DNA from: Betaproteobacteria bacterium
GTDB taxonomy: Bacteria; Pseudomonadota; Gammaproteobacteria; Burkholderiales; SG8-39
Assembly: GCA_031391655.1 (NCBI GenBank)
Contig: JANMUO010000132.1
Coordinates: forward strand, 1 to 38,120
Direction: 5' to 3'
Length of the DNA stretch: 38,120 nt
Positions 31,309-38,120 of the stretch are shown here, one piece after another. Every line of letters starts with the position of its first letter. The stretch's first letter is position 1. The notes under the pieces were generated by a model. That model did no database searches, was not told the DNA's origin, and worked only from the letters and a program-made list of their open reading frames with translations. The position numbers were made by a program, and so were the translations under genes.

Positions 31309-31955
31309 AGAAGCTCGACCGCAACCAGATCGCCGCGCGCGTGGCGCGCGACATCCCGGATGGCGCCTACGTGAACCTGGGCATCGGCCTGCCGACGCTG
31401 GTGGCAAACCACATCCCGAAGGACCGGGAGGTCGTCCTGCACAGCGAAAACGGCATCCTCGGACTCGGGCCCAAGCCCGCCGCGGGAACCGAGGACGGCG
31501 ACCTGATCGACGCCGGCAAGAATCCCGCTTCGGCCCTGGCGGGCGCCTCCTACTTCCACCACGCCGATTCCTTCGGGATGATCCGCGGCGGCCATATCGA
31601 CATCTGCGTGCTCGGCGCCTTCCAGGTGTCCGTCACCGGGGACATCGCGAACTGGCACACTGGCGAACCCGACGCGATCCCCGCAGTCGGGGGCGCCATG
31701 GACCTCGCCGCCGGCGCGAAACAGGTGTTCGTGACGATGGAGCATCTCACCAAGGACGGCAAGAGCAAGATCGTCGGGCAATGCAGCTACCCGCTTACCG
31801 GCCTGCGCTGCGTCACGCGCATCTACACCGACCTGGCGGTGATCGACGTGAAGGCCGACGGCCTTCACGTCGTCGACATCGTCGAGGGGCTGTCCTTCGA
31901 CGAGCTGCAGCGCCTGAGCGGGGTGCCGCTCCGGCGGCTCGCTACTGCGGCTTGA
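31305..31955 (+). CDS. pcaJ: 3-oxoacid (3-oxoadipate-type) CoA-transferase subunit B
   Basis: ATGA overlap with subunit A; VNLGIGLPT, catalytic HSENG, MIRGGH, GGAMDL, CSYPLTG. Confidence 0.85.
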   Translation: MKKLDRNQIAARVARDIPDGAYVNLGIGLPTLVANHIPKDREVVLHSENGILGLGPKPAAGTEDGDLIDAGKNPASALAGASYFHHADSFGMIRGGHIDICVLGAFQVSVTGDIANWHTGEPDAIPAVGGAMDLAAGAKQVFVTMEHLTKDGKSKIVGQCSYPLTGLRCVTRIYTDLAVIDVKADGLHVVDIVEGLSFDELQRLSGVPLRRLATAA

Positions 31956-32901
31956 TCCCCGCGGCCTGCAGGATCTTCTTCGTTTCGTCGACTTCCTTCG
32001 TCACGAAGTCCGTGAACTGGGGAATCGACAGGCTGCCCGGCGCAGTGCCCAGCTTCATCAGCCGCCCCTGCAGGTCGGGACTAGCCAGTGCCGCATTCAC
32101 GTCGCGATTGATCTTCGCGGCCACGTCGGCGGGCATCTTTGCGGGCCCCCACAGACCGACCCACAGCGTGTAGTCGAACCCGGCGTAGCCCTGCTCGGCG
32201 ACCGAGGGCACGTTGGGCAGCAGGGACGAGCGCTGCGCGCTCGACACCGCGAGCGCATGCGCCTTGCCGCCGTTCACGTGCGGCAGCGCGGCGTTGAGCG
32301 GCGCCCAGTAGCAGCACACGCGCCCGCCGATGGTGTCGGCGATCGCCTCGGGCGTTCCCTTGTAGGGGATGTGCACCACGTCGATGCCGGTCGCGATCTT
32401 GAGCTTTTCCAGGTTGAAGTGGGTGCCGCTGCCGATGCCGGCCGAGGAGAAATTGAGCTTGCCGGGGCTCGCCTTGGCGACATCGACGAAATCGCGCAGG
32501 GACTTCCAGCCGGCGTCCGGGCTGACGATCAGCACGTTCGGCCCGCCGCCGAGCAGCGCGAGGTTGGTGAAATCCTTCAGCGTGTCGTAGGGCATGTTGG
32601 CGTAGATGCCCGGGTTGGACACGTGCGCCGACGAATTGGCGAGCAGCGTGTAGCCATCGGGGTCCGCCTTCGCCACCACCGCCGAGCCGACGGTGCCGCC
32701 GGCGCCGACGCGGTTTTCCGCCACCACCGGCTGCCCCCACACTTCCTGCAGCTTCGCCGCCACCACGCGCCCGATAATGTCGGTCGAGCTGCCGGGAGTG
32801 AACGAAATGATCAGCCGCACGGGCTTGGTGGGGAAATTCTGCGCCATGGCCTGCGTCGCGAAAAGCGCCAGTGCCGCGAACAGCAACTTATGAAAGCCCA
32901 T
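31942..32901 (-). CDS. Bug/TctC tripartite tricarboxylate transporter substrate-binding protein
   Basis: Signal peptide, FPTKPVRL, PGSSTDIIGR, ENRVGAGG, PDGYTLL, PYKG. Confidence 0.92.
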   Translation of the reverse strand: MGFHKLLFAALALFATQAMAQNFPTKPVRLIISFTPGSSTDIIGRVVAAKLQEVWGQPVVAENRVGAGGTVGSAVVAKADPDGYTLLANSSAHVSNPGIYANMPYDTLKDFTNLALLGGGPNVLIVSPDAGWKSLRDFVDVAKASPGKLNFSSAGIGSGTHFNLEKLKIATGIDVVHIPYKGTPEAIADTIGGRVCCYWAPLNAALPHVNGGKAHALAVSSAQRSSLLPNVPSVAEQGYAGFDYTLWVGLWGPAKMPADVAAKINRDVNAALASPDLQGRLMKLGTAPGSLSIPQFTDFVTKEVDETKKILQAAGIKPQ

Positions 32902-33802
32902 CTTTCACCTCCACATTTTCTGGTTTTAACGCGATCCCGGACGCCTGGGCCTGCTGCAGCAGGAGCGTCGCGAAATCCTCCTCCTTCATGCCACGATCCA
33001 TCATAGCCTGAACCAGGTCGCGCGTGGCAGCCGCCAGCGGCAGCGGCACGCCGAACCTGCGCCCGGCGTCCAGGCCCAGGTCCAGGTCCTTCTTCAGCAA
33101 TTCGGGCGTGAACGTCACCTTGAAATCCAGGTTGACGAAGGCCGATGTCTTGTAGCGCGTGAACATCGAACCCATCACGCTCTGGTTGAGGAACTCGAGG
33201 AAAGCGTGGCGCGGCACGCCCGCTTTCTGCGCCAGCACCGTGATCTCGGCGAGCGACTGCGTCACCACGCCGAGAAACACGTTGTGGCAGATCTTGACGA
33301 TGCGCGCGAGCTCGCCCTCGCCGACATAGCTCGCGGCGGGCGCGATCATCTTCAACAGCGGCAGGGCTTCGTCGAAGGATTTGCGTGGACCGGAGCAGAC
33401 GAACGAAAGCCTGCCCGCCTTGATCACTTTTGCGTTGCCCGACACCGGCGCCGCAAGGTAGTCGATGCCGCGCGCGGCGAGCATCTGGCGCAGCTCCGCC
33501 GAGCCCTCGAGCGAGATGGAGGAACACTCGATCACCAGGCGCGGCTGGGCCTTGCCGGCCAGCAGCTCGCCCGTTACCTGTTTCACGTCCTTCCACGCCG
33601 ACACCATGCAGAACACGATGTCGCGCGCCGCGAGGTCCGCCACCCGGTCCGCCACCTTCGCGCCATAGGCCGCGAGCGGCTCGGCCTTGGCCCTGGTGCG
33701 ATTCCACGCGAGGACGTCGGCGCCTCCCTTGGCGAGGCGCGCGGCCATTTCATAGCCCATGCGGCCGGTGCCGATCCAGCCGACGCTGGGCCGCGTATTC
33801 AT
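32888..33802 (-). CDS. NAD(P)-dependent beta-hydroxyacid dehydrogenase family protein (MmsB/GarR-like)
   Basis: Rossmann GWIGTGRMG, WNRT, APVSG, catalytic Lys in VKICHN, KDLDLG; ATGA overlap with the Rid gene. Confidence 0.88.
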   Translation of the reverse strand: MNTRPSVGWIGTGRMGYEMAARLAKGGADVLAWNRTRAKAEPLAAYGAKVADRVADLAARDIVFCMVSAWKDVKQVTGELLAGKAQPRLVIECSSISLEGSAELRQMLAARGIDYLAAPVSGNAKVIKAGRLSFVCSGPRKSFDEALPLLKMIAPAASYVGEGELARIVKICHNVFLGVVTQSLAEITVLAQKAGVPRHAFLEFLNQSVMGSMFTRYKTSAFVNLDFKVTFTPELLKKDLDLGLDAGRRFGVPLPLAAATRDLVQAMMDRGMKEEDFATLLLQQAQASGIALKPENVEVKDGLS

Positions 33803-34215
33803 TTCGGCTTGACCGCGATCATGTCGAGCTCCACGCGCGCGCCGGGCGTACTCAGGCTGTTGACGCATACGGTGGTGCTCGCCGGTTTCCAGTCGCCAAA
33901 ATACTGCTCGAGCACGGCGACCATGCCGTCCATGTCGCGCATGTCGGTGAGGTACTTGGTGACCTTCACAACATGGCGCCAGCCGAGCCCTTCCCGCTCG
34001 AGGACCAGCTTGATGTTCTCCATCGCCAGCCGCGTCTGTGCCTCGATATCGTTCGGATGCACATGCTCGGCGAGCACGTGCGGATGCCGGTGGTAGAGCG
34101 GCGAGGGCGTGGCGCCGGAGACGAACAGGATGTCGGCGGGCCCTTCCACGCGCACCGCCGGCGCATAGGGCATGAGCGCCTCCAGTTCCGGGTGCGGCTG
34201 CACCACGACTGGCAT
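33799..34215 (-). CDS. Rid (YjgF/YER057c/UK114) family protein
   Basis: LFVSG, QTRLAMENI, VVKVTKYLTD, PAST, VELDMIA; ATG at 34215 with GAGGG RBS. Confidence 0.88.
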   Translation of the reverse strand: MPVVVQPHPELEALMPYAPAVRVEGPADILFVSGATPSPLYHRHPHVLAEHVHPNDIEAQTRLAMENIKLVLEREGLGWRHVVKVTKYLTDMRDMDGMVAVLEQYFGDWKPASTTVCVNSLSTPGARVELDMIAVKPK

Positions 34216-34222
34216 TCGACCC

Positions 34223-35527
34223 TCAGGTCGGGTTGGCAATCGGCAGCTCCTGGGCGGGATAGAGAGAAATCACCTGCGCGCCCTTCGGCGTGAGGATCAC
34301 CTCTTCCTCGATGCGCGCGGCGGAGATGCCGTCGCTCGCCGGACAGTAGGTTTCGACCGCGAACACCATGCCGGCCTTGAGCTCGATCGGCTCGCGGAAG
34401 GAGTTCAGGCGCGAAATCAGCGGCCGCTCATGCAGGCCGAGACCCAGACCATGGCAGAAATTCAGGCCGAAGGCGTCCATCTCGCTGGCGAATCCCGCTT
34501 GCTGCGCCTTGGGCAGCGCAGCGGCGATCCTGTCGGTGCTCATGCCGGGCTTGAGCAGTTCGATCACCTTGTCCATCCACTCGCGCGCCTTGCGGTAGGC
34601 GGTTCGTTGCGGGCCGGTGGCTCGCCCGACATTGAAAGTCCGGTAGTAGCAGGTGCGGTAGCCCATGTACGACTGGATGACGTCGAAAAACGCCTGGTCG
34701 CCGGGGCGAATCAGGCGGTCGGTGAAGTTGTGCGGGTGCGGCGAGCAGCGCTCCCCGGAGATCGAGTTGATCGCCTCGACGCAGTCCGAGCCCATCTCGT
34801 AGAGGCGCTTGGTGGCGAGCGCCACGATCTCGGATTCCTTGATGCCGGGCTTCAGGGCCTCGGCAATGTCCTCGTACACGCCATCCACCATGGCCGCGGC
34901 CATGTTGAGCAGCATCAGTTCGTCCGTGTTCTTCACTTCGCGCGCCTGCAGCATCGCCTGCTGGCCGTCGCGCACCTCGAGCCCCAAGTCCTGCAGCGCG
35001 AACATCATCGGCAGCTCGATCATGTCCACGCCGAGGGGCATCTTGACCACGCCTTCGGCGGCGAGGATCGACTTGATCTCCTTCGCCGCCTCGCGGAACA
35101 GCGTGGGGTCGGCGCCCACCGCGCCGCGCATGCCCGTCAGCCCGGCGCGGCAATGGTCCTGGTGCAGCCAGGGCGCGTACAGCTTGTGGTGGCGCGCCGC
35201 GGAACCGAAGTCCCAGATGTACGGGTCGCCGTTGCCGGTGAGAAGCGAGTACCGCGTGAGCTTGTCGCGCGCCCACTCGCCGATCACCGTGCTGGTGGTG
35301 TAACGGATATTGTGCTGGTCAAAACAGAGCAGCGCCCCGAGGCCCGAGTGTGCGAGCGCTGCGCGCGTGCGCGCTAGGCGATAGTCGTGCAGGCGGCGGA
35401 AATTGACCCGCTCCTCGAAATCGACCTGGGTGTGGCCGGGCGCCTGCAGCGGCCGGCTCCAGTTGTGGTGCGGGTCGATGTCGTCCGGGCGGACGATCCT
35501 GGGTTCCTGCCGCCGGTGCTTGGCCAT
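34223..35527 (-). CDS. M24 (Xaa-Pro peptidase/creatinase fold) family enzyme with atypical metal site
   Basis: N-terminal NIRY motif; C-terminal pita-bread motifs FFD...GYRTCYYRT, HGLGLGLHE, VE, RIEE. Confidence 0.88.
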   Translation of the reverse strand: MAKHRRQEPRIVRPDDIDPHHNWSRPLQAPGHTQVDFEERVNFRRLHDYRLARTRAALAHSGLGALLCFDQHNIRYTTSTVIGEWARDKLTRYSLLTGNGDPYIWDFGSAARHHKLYAPWLHQDHCRAGLTGMRGAVGADPTLFREAAKEIKSILAAEGVVKMPLGVDMIELPMMFALQDLGLEVRDGQQAMLQAREVKNTDELMLLNMAAAMVDGVYEDIAEALKPGIKESEIVALATKRLYEMGSDCVEAINSISGERCSPHPHNFTDRLIRPGDQAFFDVIQSYMGYRTCYYRTFNVGRATGPQRTAYRKAREWMDKVIELLKPGMSTDRIAAALPKAQQAGFASEMDAFGLNFCHGLGLGLHERPLISRLNSFREPIELKAGMVFAVETYCPASDGISAARIEEEVILTPKGAQVISLYPAQELPIANPT

Positions 35528-35537
35528 CCGTCGGATT

Positions 35538-36503
35538 TTAATCCGGCTTGATGCCGCCGCGGTTGACCACCGTCGTCCAGCGGTCCACTTCGGCCTTCAT
35601 GAACTGACCGAACTCATCCGGCGTGCCGGCGACGACGTCAAAGCCGATCTGGGTCATGCGCTCGCGGATTTCGGGCGAGCGCAGGGCGCGCACCGAGGCG
35701 TCGTTCAGCCGGGCGACGATCTCGCGCGGCGTCTTCGCCGGCGCAGCGACAGCCTGCCAGGACGTCACCACGAGATCGGGGTAACCCGCCTCGGCAACCG
35801 TCGGCACGTTGGGCAGCTGCGGGTGCCGCGCCTTCGCCGTTACCGCATAGGCCTGCATGCGCCCGCCGCGGATGTAGTTGGTAACCGCGCCGAGGTTCTG
35901 GAAGGAATACTCGACCTGGTTGCCCATCAGGTCGGTCTGGCAGGCTGCGCCGCCGCGATAGGGAACGTGCACCGCGAAGATGCCCGCGCCCTGCTTGAGC
36001 AATTCGCCGGTCAGGTGGTCCGAGGAGCCCGTGCCGCTCGAGCAGTACGACAGCTTGCCGGGATTCTTCTTGGCGTAGTCGACCAGGTCCTTCATCGACT
36101 TCGCCGCCAGCTCGGGTTTGGCCACCAGCACGTTGGGCGTCGTGACGGCCAGCGTGATCGGGGCGAAATCGCGCAGCGGGTTGTAGCGCAGGTCCTTGAA
36201 CAGCGCCGAGTTGATCGAGAACACGCCGATCGAGCCCACCAGGATGGTGTAGCCGTCGGCGTCGGCCTTGGCGACGAACTCCGCGGCGATCGAACCGTTT
36301 GCGCCCGGACGGTTCTCCACGATGCCCGGCTGCCCGAGGTATTCCTGGAACTTCGAGGCGATGGCGCGTCCGACGATGTCGGAGGAGCCGCCCGCGACGA
36401 ACGGGATGACCACCTTGATGGGCTTGGTGGGCCAGGCCTGGGCCTGCACGGCACCTGCTGCAAGCAGTGCAGCGACGACGAATCCGATCCTGATCTGTCT
36501 CAT
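35538..36503 (-). CDS. Bug/TctC substrate-binding protein
   Basis: ATG at 36503 after GAGGAG; signal peptide, WPTKPIK, AGGSSDIVGR, ENRPGANG, DGYTIL, PYRGG. Confidence 0.92.
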   Translation of the reverse strand: MRQIRIGFVVAALLAAGAVQAQAWPTKPIKVVIPFVAGGSSDIVGRAIASKFQEYLGQPGIVENRPGANGSIAAEFVAKADADGYTILVGSIGVFSINSALFKDLRYNPLRDFAPITLAVTTPNVLVAKPELAAKSMKDLVDYAKKNPGKLSYCSSGTGSSDHLTGELLKQGAGIFAVHVPYRGGAACQTDLMGNQVEYSFQNLGAVTNYIRGGRMQAYAVTAKARHPQLPNVPTVAEAGYPDLVVTSWQAVAAPAKTPREIVARLNDASVRALRSPEIRERMTQIGFDVVAGTPDEFGQFMKAEVDRWTTVVNRGGIKPD

Positions 36504-36584
36504 GCTCTGCTCCTCAAGGTCTGCAAGTGTCAAGTGTCGGCAGTCTAGGTCCATTGATATGCCGGAAGACCCAGGGACGCCTGA

Positions 36585-36622
36585 ATTATAGATTGGACGC
36601 ACTGAAGCCCTGCGCCTAGGAT
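36585..36622. promoter_or_regulatory. Putative divergent promoters between the two Bug genes
   Basis: TATAAT on - (36590-36585); TTGGAC-N18-TAGGAT on + (36593-36622). Confidence 0.4.
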
Positions 36623-36653
36623 TCACGCTTCCCCAAGGAGAGGAGCATCCAAG

Positions 36654-37643
36654 ATGAACCGCATCCGCAGGCGAGTGCTGCAAGCCGTCGGCGCGCTGGC
36701 GCTTGCCGCCGGGCTGTTGCCGGCTGCCCTGGCGCAGCCGGCGCCCTACCCCAACCGCCCGGTCAGGTTTGTCATTCCGTTCCCCCCCGGCGGCAACCTC
36801 GACTTCGTCGCCCGCACGCTGCAACCGAAGCTCTCCGAGTTTCTCGGCCAGCAGGTGATCGTCGAGAACAAGGGCGGCGCGGGCGGCATCGTCGGCGCCG
36901 AATACGCTTCCAAGCAGCCGAACGACGGCTACACGCTGTTTCTCGGCAACACCGGCACCATTGGCCTGTACGTGTCGGTGTATGCAAAGCTCCCCTACGA
37001 TCCGGTGAAGGACTTCGATGCCGTCGGCATGATCACCGGCAACGCGGTGCTGACGGTCGTCCATCCCGACGTGCCGGCAAGGACGATGCAGGAGCTCATC
37101 GGCTACGCCAAGGCGAATCCGGGCAAGGTCAATGCGGGCGTCGCCGGCAGCGGCTCGCTGCTGCATTTCGCCACCGAGCTGCTCAAGTCGCACGCCGGCA
37201 TCGACCTGGTGGTGGTGCCCTACAAGGGGAGCGGCCCCCTCGCCATCGACCTCCTCGGGGGCCAGGTGCACATGGCGATCGACGCACCCTCGGTCTTCAT
37301 GACGCAGGTCAAGGCCGGCAAGCTGCGCGCGCTCGCGGTGACCGGCAACACTCGGCTCAGTGCCTTGCCCGACGTGCCGACCTTCGACGAAGCGGGCCTG
37401 AAGGGATTCGAGGCGAGCGGCTGGCAGGGCATGTTCGTGCCGGCAGGCACGCCGCGGCCGATCATCGAACGCGTGTCGGATGCACTGCTGAAGACGCTGG
37501 CCGTGCCGGAAGTGCGCGAGCGCCTGGTCAGCCAGGGACTGGACGTGGTGCCTTCCACCCCGGCCCAGTTCACCGCGCACGTGCGCGCCGAAATCGAAAA
37601 GTGGAACCGTGTCGCCAAGGCCGCCAACCTCAAGGTAGAGTAA
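36654..37643 (+). CDS. Bug/TctC substrate-binding protein
   Basis: GAGGAG RBS; signal peptide containing RRR; [37 protein letters not shown]. Confidence 0.92.
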   Translation: MNRIRRRVLQAVGALALAAGLLPAALAQPAPYPNRPVRFVIPFPPGGNLDFVARTLQPKLSEFLGQQVIVENKGGAGGIVGAEYASKQPNDGYTLFLGNTGTIGLYVSVYAKLPYDPVKDFDAVGMITGNAVLTVVHPDVPARTMQELIGYAKANPGKVNAGVAGSGSLLHFATELLKSHAGIDLVVVPYKGSGPLAIDLLGGQVHMAIDAPSVFMTQVKAGKLRALAVTGNTRLSALPDVPTFDEAGLKGFEASGWQGMFVPAGTPRPIIERVSDALLKTLAVPEVRERLVSQGLDVVPSTPAQFTAHVRAEIEKWNRVAKAANLKVE

Positions 37644-37647
37644 TCCG

Positions 37648-38120
37648 ATGAGCAGGAAAACCCCGCAGCAGCTGCGCAGCCACCGCTGGTTCGGGGTGAA
37701 GGACCTGCGCTCCTTCGGCCACCGCTCGCGCACCGCGCAGATGGGCTACGACCGCACGGACTACGCGGGCAAGCCGGTCATCGCCATCATCAACACCTGG
37801 TCGGACATCAACCACTGCCACACGCACTTCCGGCAGCGCGCCGAAGAGGTCAAGCGCGGCGTGTGGCAGGCGGGCGGCTTCCCGCTGGAGATGCCGGCGA
37901 TGGCGCTCGCCGAAACCATGCAGAAGCCCACCACCATGATGTACCGCAACTTCCTCGCCATGGAAACCGAGGAACTGCTGCGCTCCTACCCGGTGGACGG
38001 CTGCGTGCTGATGGGCGGCTGCGACAAGACCACTCCGGGCCTGCTGATGGGCGCGACCAGCATGAACCTTCCGGCGATCTACGTTCCGGCCGGGCCGATG
38101 CTGCGCGGTAACTGGCAGGG
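37648..38120 (+). CDS. IlvD/Edd family sugar-acid dehydratase (L-arabinonate dehydratase-like), 3' end outside window; absent from the ORF track
   Basis: Manual translation from ATG 37648: [16 protein letters not shown]...[18 protein letters not shown]...[10 protein letters not shown]...GGCDKTTP...GPML, with two of the Fe-S cluster Cys ligands visible. Confidence 0.9.
   Translation, partial: MSRKTPQQLRSHRWFGVKDLRSFGHRSRTAQMGYDRTDYAGKPVIAIINTWSDINHCHTHFRQRAEEVKRGVWQAGGFPLEMPAMALAETMQKPTTMMYRNFLAMETEELLRSYPVDGCVLMGGCDKTTPGLLMGATSMNLPAIYVPAGPMLRGNWQ

Noticed and set aside
34223-35527. Calling the M24 protein DddP, DoeA or PepQ
   Set aside because: The ligand pattern with Cys at the second Asp position and the gene context do not let me support any of these names without alignment.
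36528-36533. Perfect TTGACA on the minus strand upstream of the Bug gene
   Set aside because: No -10-like hexamer 16-18 nt downstream (GCAGAG at that position) and too close to the ATG; treated as part of the tandem repeat.
35538-37733. 731-aa ORF that looks like a Bug protein with a 410-aa N-terminal extension
   Set aside because: The extension is the antisense shadow of the plus-strand Bug gene plus the spacer. The real protein starts at 36503 with an RBS and signal peptide.

Overview
High-GC chromosomal DNA, betaproteobacterial in gene order and protein style; no tRNA, rRNA, CRISPR array, prophage or IS element was seen. Positions 1-3575 (+) carry pilC (5' partial)-pilD-coaE-zapD-yacG. 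Positions 3572-29322 are mostly minus strand: the complete dcw cluster (mraZ-rsmH-ftsL-ftsI-murE-murF-mraY-murD-ftsW-murG-murC-murB-ddl-ftsQ-ftsA-ftsZ-lpxC), a 61-aa membrane ORF, an antisense dciA, an M23 peptidase, secA, argJ, a DUF815-like ATPase and a MutT/thiamine-phosphate-synthase-like fusion. Positions 29510-38120 are accessory catabolic genes: an Ldh_2/YbiC-type dehydrogenase, pcaIJ-type CoA transferase, three Bug/TctC solute receptors, an M24-fold enzyme, a Rid protein, a beta-hydroxyacid dehydrogenase and a 3'-truncated IlvD/Edd sugar-acid dehydratase. Most of the window is ordinary housekeeping DNA. The best candidate for an undescribed system is the Bug-M24-Rid-dehydrogenase-Bug operon (31942-36503), in which all three enzymes depart from their family catalytic motifs. 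Secondary points are two genes (pilD, murE) whose expected N-termini lack a canonical start codon, the small membrane ORF overlapping dciA, and several promoter/operator signals. All family assignments come from motif recognition by eye; no database searches were run.
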